A stretch of DNA of 64,000 nt from an uncultured Clostridia bacterium (lineage in GTDB: Bacteria > Bacillota > Clostridia > Christensenellales > DTU072): positions 17,210 through 81,209 of the forward strand of contig CALVXZ010000001.1 of assembly GCA_944371785.1 (NCBI GenBank). Direction: 5' to 3'. This document shows, piece after piece, positions 17,744 through 27,053 of this stretch. Positions within the stretch are counted from its first letter, which is position 1, and every line of letters begins with the position of its first letter. The notes below the pieces were generated by a model. That model was not told the DNA's origin and ran no database searches. It saw nothing but the letters and a program-made list of their open reading frames with translations. The translations under genes and the position numbers were made by a program.

Positions 17744-19540
17744 ATGGAACTTACTACAAACCAACATGTTCTGGATTTCGTAAATAAGTACGTTGACCTG
17801 ATGAAGCCCGACAAGGTGGAATGGATCGACGGAAGCAAAAAACAGCTGAACGCTTTGACAAAGATTGCCGTTTCTACGGGAGAAATATACAAATGCAATC
17901 AAAAACTCCTGCCCGGCTGTCTGTATCACCGCACTGCGGTAAACGACGTTGCCAGAGTTGAAGGCAGAACCTTTATCTGCTCCCGCGAACAGAAAAACGC
18001 CGGCCCCACCAACAATTGGATGGATCCCAAAGAAGCGTATAAGAAACTTGACGCGATCGCAGACGGTTGTATGAAAGGCAGAACGATGTACATCATTCCG
18101 TTCAGCATGGGTAAGATCGGATCCCCCTTCGCCAAATACGGCATCGAGTTGACCGATTCCATTTACGTAGTGTTGAATATGGCTATCATGACGCGCGTTT
18201 CCGCTAAGGTCCTCGCCAAATTAAAAGATTCCGACGATTTCGTTCGCGGCATCCACAGCAAAGTCAACCTGGACGAAGAAAACCGCTATATCTGCCAATT
18301 CCCCGAAGATAATACCATTTATTCGTTGAACTCCGGCTACGGCGGCAACGTGCTGTTGGGCAAAAAGTGCTTTGCGTTAAGGATCGCAAGCTACCAGGGC
18401 TGGAAAGAAGGATGGATGGCGGAGCATATGCTGATCCTGGGCGTTCAGAAACCCGACGGCGACATTAAATACATCACCGCCGCTTTCCCGTCCGCCTGCG
18501 GAAAGACCAACCTCGCAATGTTGATCCCTCCCGAAACCTATACAAAGAAAGGCTATAAGGTGTTCACGGTCGGCGACGATATCGCCTGGATCCGCCGCGG
18601 CAAAGGCGGTATGCTGTATGCCGTCAACCCCGAAAACGGCTTCTTCGGCGTCGCGCCCGGCACGAACGTAAAATCGAACCCGAACGCGCTTGCCACCACT
18701 CAAAAAGATACCATCTTTACCAACGTCGTATACATCCCCTCCACAAAGACCGTTTGGTGGGAAGGATTGGACAAGAATCCTCCGAAGAACGCTTTGGATT
18801 GGAAAGGCAACAAATGGCACGGCGGTATGGTTGACGCCGACGGCAAAGTCATCAAAGGCGCTCATCCGAACTCCCGTTTCACGGCCCCCGCAAAGAACTG
18901 CCCCTGCCTCTCTTCCGAATTCGAAAACCCGAAGGGCGTGCCGATTTCGGCTATCATCTTCGGCGGAAGACGTGCAAAAGCCGCGCCGTTGGTCTATGAA
19001 GCACGCGATTGGAAACACGGCGTATTCGTCGGTTCGATCATGGCTTCCGAAACCACTGCGGCGGCAGCCGGTGCTGTCGGCGTAGTACGTCACGATCCTA
19101 TGGCGATGCTCCCCTTCTGCGGATACAATATGGCGGATTACTTCCAACATTGGTTGGATATGGGCAAAAAGGTCAAGAATAAACCGAAGATCTTTAACGT
19201 CAACTGGTTCCGTACCGATGACGAAGGCAACTTCCTGTGGCCCGGATTCGGCGACAATATGAGAGTTTTGGATTGGATCATCCAACGTTGCGAAGAAACC
19301 GTCGACGCAGTCGAAACCCCCATCGGATATATGCCGAAGCCCGAAGATATCAACCTCGAAGGTTTGGATATGTCCGTCGAAGATCTGAAAAAGATCCTGG
19401 ATTGCGACAAGAAGGTCTGGACCGCCGAAGCCGACGATATCGAAAACTACTATCGCACCAAGTTCGGCGACACTCTGCCCAAAGAACTGTATGCAGAGCT
19501 TGCCAAACTCAAAAAGAACCTCAGAAAGCGTTCTATGTAA
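17744..19540 (+). CDS. pck: Phosphoenolpyruvate carboxykinase (GTP)
   Basis: 598 aa. FPSACGKTNLAML P-loop, and GDDIAWI and NWF motifs typical of GTP-type PEPCK. Confidence 0.95.
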   Translation: MELTTNQHVLDFVNKYVDLMKPDKVEWIDGSKKQLNALTKIAVSTGEIYKCNQKLLPGCLYHRTAVNDVARVEGRTFICSREQKNAGPTNNWMDPKEAYKKLDAIADGCMKGRTMYIIPFSMGKIGSPFAKYGIELTDSIYVVLNMAIMTRVSAKVLAKLKDSDDFVRGIHSKVNLDEENRYICQFPEDNTIYSLNSGYGGNVLLGKKCFALRIASYQGWKEGWMAEHMLILGVQKPDGDIKYITAAFPSACGKTNLAMLIPPETYTKKGYKVFTVGDDIAWIRRGKGGMLYAVNPENGFFGVAPGTNVKSNPNALATTQKDTIFTNVVYIPSTKTVWWEGLDKNPPKNALDWKGNKWHGGMVDADGKVIKGAHPNSRFTAPAKNCPCLSSEFENPKGVPISAIIFGGRRAKAAPLVYEARDWKHGVFVGSIMASETTAAAAGAVGVVRHDPMAMLPFCGYNMADYFQHWLDMGKKVKNKPKIFNVNWFRTDDEGNFLWPGFGDNMRVLDWIIQRCEETVDAVETPIGYMPKPEDINLEGLDMSVEDLKKILDCDKKVWTAEADDIENYYRTKFGDTLPKELYAELAKLKKNLRKRSM

Positions 19541-19560
19541 TTCATCTGCAAACAAAAAAG

Positions 19561-19591
19561 ATCGCCGTCCGGACAGGACGGCGATTTTTTG
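19561..19591. terminator. Bidirectional intrinsic terminator (pck on plus, metallophosphoesterase operon on minus)
   Basis: Perfect 10-bp stem ATCGCCGTCC/GGACGGCGAT with a 5-nt loop, flanked by A6 upstream and T6 downstream. Confidence 0.8.
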
Positions 19592-19660
19592 TATCGTTCT
19601 AAAAAACTGTCTTCGTTATTCGGCTTCGGCACGAAATCCGTCGATAACGGATAAGACCGA

Positions 19661-20713
19661 TCATTCGGGCAGCAGGATATTGGAAACGGCGACTTCGGCG
19701 TTCTCGCCAGAGATCGTTATCAGCTTTCCGCCTATCATATCGTCGTCGTGATAGACCTGACGGGTGCTTTTTACCCCGTAATGCAAACCTATTCCTTTAT
19801 ATTCCACGGAATAATCGTTGACGTGGTCATGTCCGACGAACACGTCCGTAGTCGCGCCCAATTGCTTTATTTTATCGAACATACCTATGTTTATCAAAGC
19901 GTGGCATTCATCTTCGCGCCTTTCGCCGAAGCCGATCGCGGGATCGGAACCGTTAAGCTGCCATTCGTCGAAAGCCACGCGGTATTCCGGCAGAGGAATA
20001 TGGAAAAACATCATCGATTTAGCGTATCCGGATTCTATCAGGTTGGTTTGCAGCCAATCGTACCAATAAATCTGGCCTGTTTCGAAAGTACCGTACGAAA
20101 ATTCGGGGTAATCTTCCAAATATGTACCGGAATCCATCATTATCAGCGAATAATACGGTTCTCCGTTCCTGGTGATATTGACAGCGTAGTTTCCCAGACC
20201 GCCTATGTTTACGGGGCCGTTTCGATACAATGAATATTCGGCGTTTTCATAAATTTCGCCCATATAGAATTTATCCGCCCTTCCTTCGTCGTCATGGTTT
20301 CCGTAAGTGACCGCCCAAGGGATGCCTATATCGGAAAAAAGCTCCGCAACGTGTTCGACGTAAAAGTTGTTTTCGACGGTCATAACCATATCGCCCGTAA
20401 TTACGATCATATCCGGATCGGCTATTTCCACGGTACGGCGTATCAGCTCGTCGCTGTCGGCTATCTTGTACCCGGCGCGATAGTGCAGATCGGTGAGTTG
20501 CAAAATCCTGAACTCGTCGCCGTCCATATTTATCGTGGTTATGTCGTCGATATCGAAAGTATCGTTCCCGTCCTTATCGATTTCAGTCCATATGTTGTCG
20601 TAATCGGGATCGGACGGGAGTCTGACGTATACTCCCAGCAAAGTTATACCCGTTATCAACGCGGCTGTTAAAATCACGGCGATCGCTATCAGAAAAGCTC
20701 TGGATCCATTCAT
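19661..20713 (-). CDS. Membrane-anchored calcineurin-like metallophosphoesterase
   Basis: 350 aa. N-terminal TM segment (FLIAIAVILTAALITGITLLGV), then LTDLHY, ITGDMV, GNHD and VGHDHVND motifs. Confidence 0.85.
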   Translation of the reverse strand: MNGSRAFLIAIAVILTAALITGITLLGVYVRLPSDPDYDNIWTEIDKDGNDTFDIDDITTINMDGDEFRILQLTDLHYRAGYKIADSDELIRRTVEIADPDMIVITGDMVMTVENNFYVEHVAELFSDIGIPWAVTYGNHDDEGRADKFYMGEIYENAEYSLYRNGPVNIGGLGNYAVNITRNGEPYYSLIMMDSGTYLEDYPEFSYGTFETGQIYWYDWLQTNLIESGYAKSMMFFHIPLPEYRVAFDEWQLNGSDPAIGFGERREDECHALINIGMFDKIKQLGATTDVFVGHDHVNDYSVEYKGIGLHYGVKSTRQVYHDDDMIGGKLITISGENAEVAVSNILLPE

Positions 20714-20733
20714 AACGCGCTCCTTTTATTGTT

Positions 20734-21318
20734 TTATAGCGGAATATAATAAATCATACCCGCCGCCGCCGATATCAATATCAGCGCTATGGGCGGAATT
20801 TTCTTTTTGGATATCAGTCTGTACGACAGAGCGATGCCGCCTACTACCGCAAATATGATCAAAGCGTGGAAATTGAAATCGCCTTTGACGGAAAAATCGT
20901 TGTAGTTCGCGTAAAAACACTTTACCACCAACAAAAGTCCCGTGGATATGATCAGCCCCCAGATGATCGGAGTCACTCCTTTCATCGCGGCTTTCACATA
21001 CTTGTTTTTGGAAAAGTTTTTGAACAGCGCGGCTATCGCCAGAATGATCAGAAACGCCGGAGTGACTACCGCCGCCGTCGCCAAAAGACTTCCCCAGAAT
21101 CCGCCGATATCGCTGCCGACGAAAGTCGCCAGGTTTATTGCGATCGGACCGGGAGTCGATTCGGCTATGGCGATATAGTTCCACAGTATATCCTCGTCGT
21201 CTATCCAACCGCGCGACAAAACTTCGTCGCGGATTATCGGGATCATTCCGTATCCGCCGCCGAACGATACCGTACCTATTTTTAAAAACGAGAACAGGAG
21301 CTGTAACCAAATATTCAT
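20734..21318 (-). CDS. Chromate ion transporter (CHR) family protein, short-chain half 2
   Basis: 194 aa. IGTVSFGGGYGMIPIIRDEV...IAIAESTPGPIAINLATFVG. The same-strand ORF 20726-21310 in another frame is Arg-rich noise. Confidence 0.85.
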   Translation of the reverse strand: MNIWLQLLFSFLKIGTVSFGGGYGMIPIIRDEVLSRGWIDDEDILWNYIAIAESTPGPIAINLATFVGSDIGGFWGSLLATAAVVTPAFLIILAIAALFKNFSKNKYVKAAMKGVTPIIWGLIISTGLLLVVKCFYANYNDFSVKGDFNFHALIIFAVVGGIALSYRLISKKKIPPIALILISAAAGMIYYIPL

Positions 21319-22181
21319 TGCTTATCCTCCTCGTCCTCGTCGGATTTCGGCGTTGGCAGCGCCGCGGAAACTTCCGCCGCCGGACCGTCCTTTTTCTTGT
21401 TGATCAGATCGACGACTATTTTATAAATTATTCCGGTGGCTATTCCTATCAAAATAAGGTATATCGACGAAAAATCTATGTTGAATATATCGAATAAAGT
21501 CACCAATAAGAAAGCCGGCAGGAACACGCACCAATCGAATACGTCTTTGCGCTTCTTTTTCATCATCCCGACGCCGGCGGATATTATCAGAATGGCGATA
21601 CCTACCTTTATCCCTTCAAAAGCGTATTGCACGGGAGTAAACGCCATGAATTCGTCGTAAAACAACGAAATTATATATATGATCGCCACGCTGGGAATGC
21701 AAACCGCCACTACCGCGACCAAAGCCCCCCAGAACCCCACCAATTTATATCCGATGAACGTAGCCGAATTTATGGCTATCGGTCCCGGAGTCGATTCGGC
21801 TATGGCGATTATTTCGTAAAATTCCTCGTTAGTTATCCAACGCCTTTTGCGGACGTATTCGTTTTCTATCAAGGCTATCATTGCGTAACCGCCGCCGAAA
21901 GTGAATAATCCTATCTTTATATAGCATAAAAACAGCTTCAGCAACAGCTTGCACCTGCGGCAGAAACGCTCTTTTTTGGTTTCACCCTCCGGAACTATCA
22001 GGTCTTCGGACATTTCTTCCGCGTCTTCGTCCGCGGATACGGAAGCACCCTTATCCGACGCTTTTTCGGGCTGCGTCAAACCGTCCGAACCCGTCACGGC
22101 AGACTGCGCCGCAATTTCTTCGGGCTTGTTCGCGTCGGCGTTTTCCATCGTCTCGGAGTTTTTCCCGGGCTGGTTATCCAT
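21315..22181 (-). CDS. Chromate ion transporter (CHR) family protein, short-chain half 1, with an acidic N-terminal extension
   Basis: 288 aa. The core is IGLFTFGGGYAMIALIENEY...IAIAESTPGPIAINSATFIG. The first ~95 aa are low-complexity. Alternative starts exist at M12 (22148) and M57 (22013). ATGA overlap with half 2. Confidence 0.8.
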   Translation of the reverse strand: MDNQPGKNSETMENADANKPEEIAAQSAVTGSDGLTQPEKASDKGASVSADEDAEEMSEDLIVPEGETKKERFCRRCKLLLKLFLCYIKIGLFTFGGGYAMIALIENEYVRKRRWITNEEFYEIIAIAESTPGPIAINSATFIGYKLVGFWGALVAVVAVCIPSVAIIYIISLFYDEFMAFTPVQYAFEGIKVGIAILIISAGVGMMKKKRKDVFDWCVFLPAFLLVTLFDIFNIDFSSIYLILIGIATGIIYKIVVDLINKKKDGPAAEVSAALPTPKSDEDEEDKQ

Positions 22182-22602
22182 TGTTCTTTTTCAATACCTC
22201 GCTGACCGTGCGCATATCGCATTTGCCGGCGTATTCGGATTTAAAATGTTTCATCACGGCAGGCACCGATTTGTCGGGCAACGCGGATATGACGGCGGCT
22301 ATTTCCTCTTCCGTCATCATCTGCGGCATAAATTTTTTCACGGCGGCGATCTGTGCGTCCAGGTCGGCTACCTTTTCTGCCCTTCCCGCCGTTTCAAAGC
22401 CCTGTCTTTCGTCCAAAAGTTCCTTTTCGCTCTTTTGCAAAACGGCTACGACGTCGGAATCCTTTAATTCCGCGCCCTTTGCCCTGAGTTCGATTTCGGC
22501 AAGCATTATTTTATTCAATACCACGCTAAGCACGCCGGACGTATTCTTGTCGTGTGCTTTCATCGCTTCTATGCGCGCCGCTTTTATATCGTCTTTTAAC
22601 AT
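22174..22602 (-). CDS. yqeY: GatB/YqeY domain protein
   Basis: 142 aa. MLKDDIKAARIEAMKAHDK...LNKIMLAEIE...AVISALPDKS. Confidence 0.85.
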   Translation of the reverse strand: MLKDDIKAARIEAMKAHDKNTSGVLSVVLNKIMLAEIELRAKGAELKDSDVVAVLQKSEKELLDERQGFETAGRAEKVADLDAQIAAVKKFMPQMMTEEEIAAVISALPDKSVPAVMKHFKSEYAGKCDMRTVSEVLKKNNG

Positions 22603-22632
22603 ATCCTCAGCTTCCTCCGCTGATTAAAATTT

Positions 22633-23358
22633 TTACATCTTGATCGACAATTTTGTCGCTATATCGAAAAATTTCCAAGGCGCGTCTTCCTTCGGAGGAT
22701 AAACCCTGAAAACAAGCTTTTCTTTTGTTACGGGATGCGGAAACCTTATTTCGGTAGCCCAAAGCGCCATATTGTAACCTTCGGGCGTTTTTGCGTTTCC
22801 GTATTTTACGTCGCCGAAAACGGGGCATCCGATGGTCTTTAACTGCACGCGGATCTGATGGCTGCGTCCCGTATAAATTTTTACGTCCAACAGCGCAAGG
22901 TTTTCGCGGGTTTCCAGAACGGCGTATTCCATCAACGCAAGTTTTGCTCCCTCCGTCGCTATCGGCACGCAATAGACGGTGTTCCTGGCTTCGTCTTTGT
23001 ACAGCGCGTTTTTCAAAAACGCTTTCTTTTCCTTAGGGATCCCCGTGGTGACGGTAAGATACCTTTTTTCGAACTCGCCCGATTTAATGCACTCCTGCAA
23101 GCGCGCCGCCGCCTTTGAGGTTTTCGCAAACACCATGACTCCGCCGGTGGGTCTGTCCAGACGGTGGACCAATCCCAGATAAGCTTCGCCGGGTTTGTCG
23201 TACTTGTCCTTTATATAGCGTTTTAACGCAGAAAGCAAATCGTCGTCGCCGCTTTGATCTTCCGCGACAGGCACGTTTTGCGGTTTTACGACCACCAGAA
23301 GATGGTTGTCTTCGTATACGATATTGATGTCGTTATAGTCTATCATTTTGTTTTCCAT
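22633..23358 (-). CDS. RluA-family pseudouridine synthase
   Basis: 241 aa. HRLDRPTGGVMVFAKT catalytic Asp motif and YTGRSHQIRVQL. There is no S4 domain. Confidence 0.9.
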   Translation of the reverse strand: MENKMIDYNDINIVYEDNHLLVVVKPQNVPVAEDQSGDDDLLSALKRYIKDKYDKPGEAYLGLVHRLDRPTGGVMVFAKTSKAAARLQECIKSGEFEKRYLTVTTGIPKEKKAFLKNALYKDEARNTVYCVPIATEGAKLALMEYAVLETRENLALLDVKIYTGRSHQIRVQLKTIGCPVFGDVKYGNAKTPEGYNMALWATEIRFPHPVTKEKLVFRVYPPKEDAPWKFFDIATKLSIKM

Positions 23359-23368
23359 ATCCGTTAAA

Positions 23369-24232
23369 TCAACCGAATGTAGTAAATGCGCTGGCGCCGG
23401 AGGGTAAAACGACGTTTTTCCTGCCGGTAGGCAATGCCAGCTCGTATGCTTCGGTATTACCTCTGCCGTTCAATGCTATGTCTATTATGTTTTTCGTCAC
23501 CGTGGGCTGCAGCCCCGTCGTGTACGAATTTATCAGGAAAAACAGCGGATCGTCGGACAATAGCGTCACGGTCTTTTTGACGAAATCGAACACGGTGTCT
23601 TCCAACTTCCATATCTCGCCTTTCGGACCCCTGCCGTAGCTGGGAGGATCCATAATCACCGCGTCGTAACGGTTTCCGCGGCGGATCTCACGTTCTACGA
23701 ATTTGATACAATCGTCCACTATGTAACGCATCGCCTTCTGCCCGAGCCCCGAAAGTACGGCGTTTTTGCCGGCGCGTTCGCACATCGCCTTCGCCGCGTC
23801 AACGTGAGTCACTTCGGCGCCTTCCTTTGCGCAAGCCACCGACGCACCTCCGGTATAAGCAAACAGATTCAGGACCTTTATCCGTCTGCCGGACGATTTT
23901 ATCAGATTCCGCATCTTAGACCAATTATATGCCTGTTCGGGGAATATACCGGTGTGCTTAAAGCCCATAAGCTTCAATACGAACCTCAGATCTTTCCAGG
24001 ATATCTCAAATTCGTCCGGAACTTTTTTCAGGTATTCCCAGCTGCCGCCGCCGGATCTGGATCTGCGGTAAACGGCGCTGAGTCCCGGGTATTTTTCCAT
24101 ATCGAAAGGCGCTTCCCATATCACCTGCGGATCGGGGCGCAGCAAGACGACAGATCCGAAGCGTTCCAATTTCATTCCGCCGCCGGTTTCTATGACTTCG
24201 TAATCTTTCCAATCGGATGCGAGAGCTATCAT
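23369..24232 (-). CDS. Class I SAM-dependent (rRNA-type, RlmI/YccW-like) methyltransferase
   Basis: The ORF track extends to 24445, but the ATG at 24232 (MIALASDWKDYEVIETGGG) overlaps the upstream stop as ATGA. LNLFAYTGGASVACA SAM motif and VIMDPPSYGRG. Confidence 0.8.
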   Translation of the reverse strand: MIALASDWKDYEVIETGGGMKLERFGSVVLLRPDPQVIWEAPFDMEKYPGLSAVYRRSRSGGGSWEYLKKVPDEFEISWKDLRFVLKLMGFKHTGIFPEQAYNWSKMRNLIKSSGRRIKVLNLFAYTGGASVACAKEGAEVTHVDAAKAMCERAGKNAVLSGLGQKAMRYIVDDCIKFVEREIRRGNRYDAVIMDPPSYGRGPKGEIWKLEDTVFDFVKKTVTLLSDDPLFFLINSYTTGLQPTVTKNIIDIALNGRGNTEAYELALPTGRKNVVLPSGASAFTTFG

Positions 24233-27024
24233 TGTTCGCTGTCGTCGTTTTGCAATATCTCTGTCGCCAAAGATTCGTATGCGGAGGTGTTGTCGATATT
24301 TTTCAGTACCGACCAGAATTCTTTCGCGTCGGTCTTGTGGTTTTCCCTGGCAAGCAGCCTGATTATGTTTATCAAACCGAATATAAGTTCGTGTCTGACG
24401 GCGTTTCTGGCGTTCTTGAAATCGGCGTAATCCAATTCCGTACAAAGATCGCCTTTATACAGCCTCAATATATTCCGCATGATCCGCACTTTTTCGGGAA
24501 GCGATTCGGTTTCCGAAAAATCGCGGCTCAGTTTCAAAAACCTGTGGTAGTCGCAGTTCAGATCTTCCAGGTGCAATACGTAAGTGGAGTTTATATATTC
24601 CAATTTAAACTTTATACCGTACTGCGTAAGCGTTTTCCTGATAATGTTGTTCGTGGTTTTCAGATTGTTTATCGCGGAATCGTAAACGTAGTCTTTCCAC
24701 ATATAATCGATGATGGCGTTGCGGTCCATACCGTTTTCGCCGGCAAGAATATAATACAGGAACAGTTCCTTGGATTTCCTGGTCTTCCATTGTATTTCCT
24801 TGCCGTGAGAAGTTATCGAAGTGACTCCGGCACCAAGCATCGTCACGTTCAGAATGCCCATATCGCTGCCGGAACCGTTTTTGGAATCTATCAGAGCCTT
24901 TATCTTCGATACGATCTCCGGTTCGATATTGTGCGATTCGGCTTCCTGTATGATGGGACCGAAAACCGCGGTATCGGTCAGCACCATTCGCATACCGTAA
25001 TTTTCGCTGCACCTTAAAATATTAGTCACTATGGAATCGACGTCGCGTATCCCGCCCTTCGCCAACAGACAGTTCGCCGCAAGTCCCATACTGTATAACC
25101 ATACGAACGAACGGTTTTCCGCCGCGTCTATCGCCAAGGTAGCGGCTTTGTAGCTTCTGGCGCGGTTGCCCTCTTTCAACGCAGCGTACGAATAGATCTG
25201 GAACATCATCGAACGGTATTTCGGCGCCATTGCTTCGGATTCGTGCAGATACAGATTCGCAAGTTTTTCGGCATAGGCGACGCGGTTGAACAAACAGTTC
25301 AGATAACACCTGACATATACCGTGAAATATCTTTCGAAGCCGAAATCACCCGTCATCATACTGCCGTATGCGAGATCGGAATATTTCAAAGCCGATTCCT
25401 CGTTGCCGTAGAAACTTTCCATCAACGCTTTAACCGAATACAGCATATGGATATCGTTGAACAGAGAGTTGTTTATAGCGTAGCTTAAAGCCTCGTCGAC
25501 CAGACTCTTCGTGCGTTTCAGATCGCCGTCGAAATAGTTCATGGCGATTATCCTTAACGGCACGACGTACAGAGGGAAGAGTTTCTTTATCCTCTCCGCC
25601 GTTTCCATCGATTTTCTGTAATTGCCTATACCGAAATAATAAGTTTCGATGTTTTCCATCAGCTTCAGCGACCAGAAATGTTCGTCGCCGCCGGGCGCGT
25701 TCAACGCCGCTTCAGCCTCCGAAACCGAAATTTTCCCGTGTCTCAGAGAATCGGGAGTGATATATTGCAAAACTTTCAGATAAAAAGCATCGTCGCCCGT
25801 AAATTGTTCCTTCAGACCGACGAAAAACGAATTCAGCGTTTCGATATCGCCTTTTTTCAGCATACAATATATTTTCAGATAGTTCGCGCACGCGACGGAA
25901 CGCGTGGTGCCTACCTTTTTCAACGATTCGATGATCCTGTCCGTTTCCTTTAACGCAAGATCGTAATTTTTATCCCGTTTGGCAAGTATGCACGCTCCCA
26001 ACAAAGCGGTAAACGGATATTCGGCGGGATCCGCGGATATCTGCATATCCAGGTGCGCCGCGATAAAATTCATAGAGTTGATGATCTCCTCGTCGGAACC
26101 GATTATCTTCTCCAAAGTCCTGTTCATCATCCCTGCGTCGCCGTGATCGTACGCAAAAGTCAATGCGTCGTAAGACGAGACGTGTCGGAAAAGATATTCG
26201 AACAGCCTGGATTCGACGGGAACGCCGACATAATCTCCCATATGGTGATTCAGCTGTCTGTCCCTTCCGGATAAATAATCCACGAGCTCCCTTTTCAGGA
26301 CATAGAATCCGCATCCCGAAGTATGCTTGCATTCGGTAAGATAACCGCCGTGCGCACGGCACAGCGCGTTGAGTCTGGGAATAGATTCTGGGGAAATTTC
26401 GTTCAGGATCCCGACGGGGAAAGCACCGTATTTACCTATATATTTCAACAAAGCGACGTCCTCTATCGGCACCGCCGTAAGATACATTTCCGGAGTGCAG
26501 AATTCGGAAGACGGCGGCAGAGAATCCTTATCGATAATACCGGGGCATTTGGGTTCCAATTTGACAACCGGGATATTCAGATAACAATCCGAAGACATCA
26601 CGACGCGCACGTTGGAAGGCGCTTTGGAAATCAAATAGACGTATTTTTCGAAAGTGCAGTCTTTGGAAAGCAGTTCCAGCCTTTCAAAAATCAAAAGTAC
26701 GTTCTTTTCCAACGATTTAAGATAATCCAGAACGACGCGGATACCGACGTCGGAACCGTTGTATTTGGAATCGCAGAACAGAATCTGTTTTATGCGCAAA
26801 AGTTTCGCGGGCTGATCGGAAAGAACTTTTTCCGCCAAAGTTATACAAAGCTGTCTTAGGTCGTCGACAGCGGCGTTGAACCTGTAACAATATTCGAATT
26901 TTTCGGACAGCTCCTGTAAAAAGCCTTCTTTGTCGTATTCGGACGGGGCAAACAAGAAAGTCGCCGTCTGATCCGACGCCACAATATCGTTAATCAAAGC
27001 GCTTATGCCCGTTTCAAGCTTCAT
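24229..27024 (-). CDS. Large SARP-type transcriptional regulator: P-loop-less N-domain, TPR-like repeats, C-terminal OmpR-type wHTH plus BTAD
   Basis: 931 aa. The C-terminal ~230 aa are LNVTMLGAGVTSITSHGKEIQWKTRKSKELFLYYILAGENGMDRNAIIDYMWKD...NNLKTTNNIIRKTL...YVLHLEDLNCDYHRFLKL...LRLYKGDL. This follows the SARP pattern of wHTH followed by a bacterial transcriptional activator domain. The middle is helical-repeat-like. No GxxxxGK[ST] motif is seen. Confidence 0.85.
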   Translation of the reverse strand: MKLETGISALINDIVASDQTATFLFAPSEYDKEGFLQELSEKFEYCYRFNAAVDDLRQLCITLAEKVLSDQPAKLLRIKQILFCDSKYNGSDVGIRVVLDYLKSLEKNVLLIFERLELLSKDCTFEKYVYLISKAPSNVRVVMSSDCYLNIPVVKLEPKCPGIIDKDSLPPSSEFCTPEMYLTAVPIEDVALLKYIGKYGAFPVGILNEISPESIPRLNALCRAHGGYLTECKHTSGCGFYVLKRELVDYLSGRDRQLNHHMGDYVGVPVESRLFEYLFRHVSSYDALTFAYDHGDAGMMNRTLEKIIGSDEEIINSMNFIAAHLDMQISADPAEYPFTALLGACILAKRDKNYDLALKETDRIIESLKKVGTTRSVACANYLKIYCMLKKGDIETLNSFFVGLKEQFTGDDAFYLKVLQYITPDSLRHGKISVSEAEAALNAPGGDEHFWSLKLMENIETYYFGIGNYRKSMETAERIKKLFPLYVVPLRIIAMNYFDGDLKRTKSLVDEALSYAINNSLFNDIHMLYSVKALMESFYGNEESALKYSDLAYGSMMTGDFGFERYFTVYVRCYLNCLFNRVAYAEKLANLYLHESEAMAPKYRSMMFQIYSYAALKEGNRARSYKAATLAIDAAENRSFVWLYSMGLAANCLLAKGGIRDVDSIVTNILRCSENYGMRMVLTDTAVFGPIIQEAESHNIEPEIVSKIKALIDSKNGSGSDMGILNVTMLGAGVTSITSHGKEIQWKTRKSKELFLYYILAGENGMDRNAIIDYMWKDYVYDSAINNLKTTNNIIRKTLTQYGIKFKLEYINSTYVLHLEDLNCDYHRFLKLSRDFSETESLPEKVRIMRNILRLYKGDLCTELDYADFKNARNAVRHELIFGLINIIRLLARENHKTDAKEFWSVLKNIDNTSAYESLATEILQNDDSEQ

Positions 27025-27053
27025 TCGTTCTCCTGCTCATTACCCTTTTCACA

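Noticed and set aside
17618-17929. A 103-aa minus-strand ORF spanning the pck promoter and start. Also the 78-aa ORF at 17078-17314 and the 66-aa ORF at 59666-59866.
   Set aside because: They overlap well-supported promoters or start codons, have no RBS, and have Cys/Phe/Arg-rich implausible sequences.
20726-21310. A 194-aa same-strand ORF overlapping CHR half 2 in another frame. Similar alternate-frame ORFs occur at 12672-13307 (in rbgA), 14250-14759 (in rimM) and 2033-2323 (in hslV).
   Set aside because: The translations are Arg/Gly-rich nonsense. The other frame carries the family motifs (FGGGY; P-loop; and so on).
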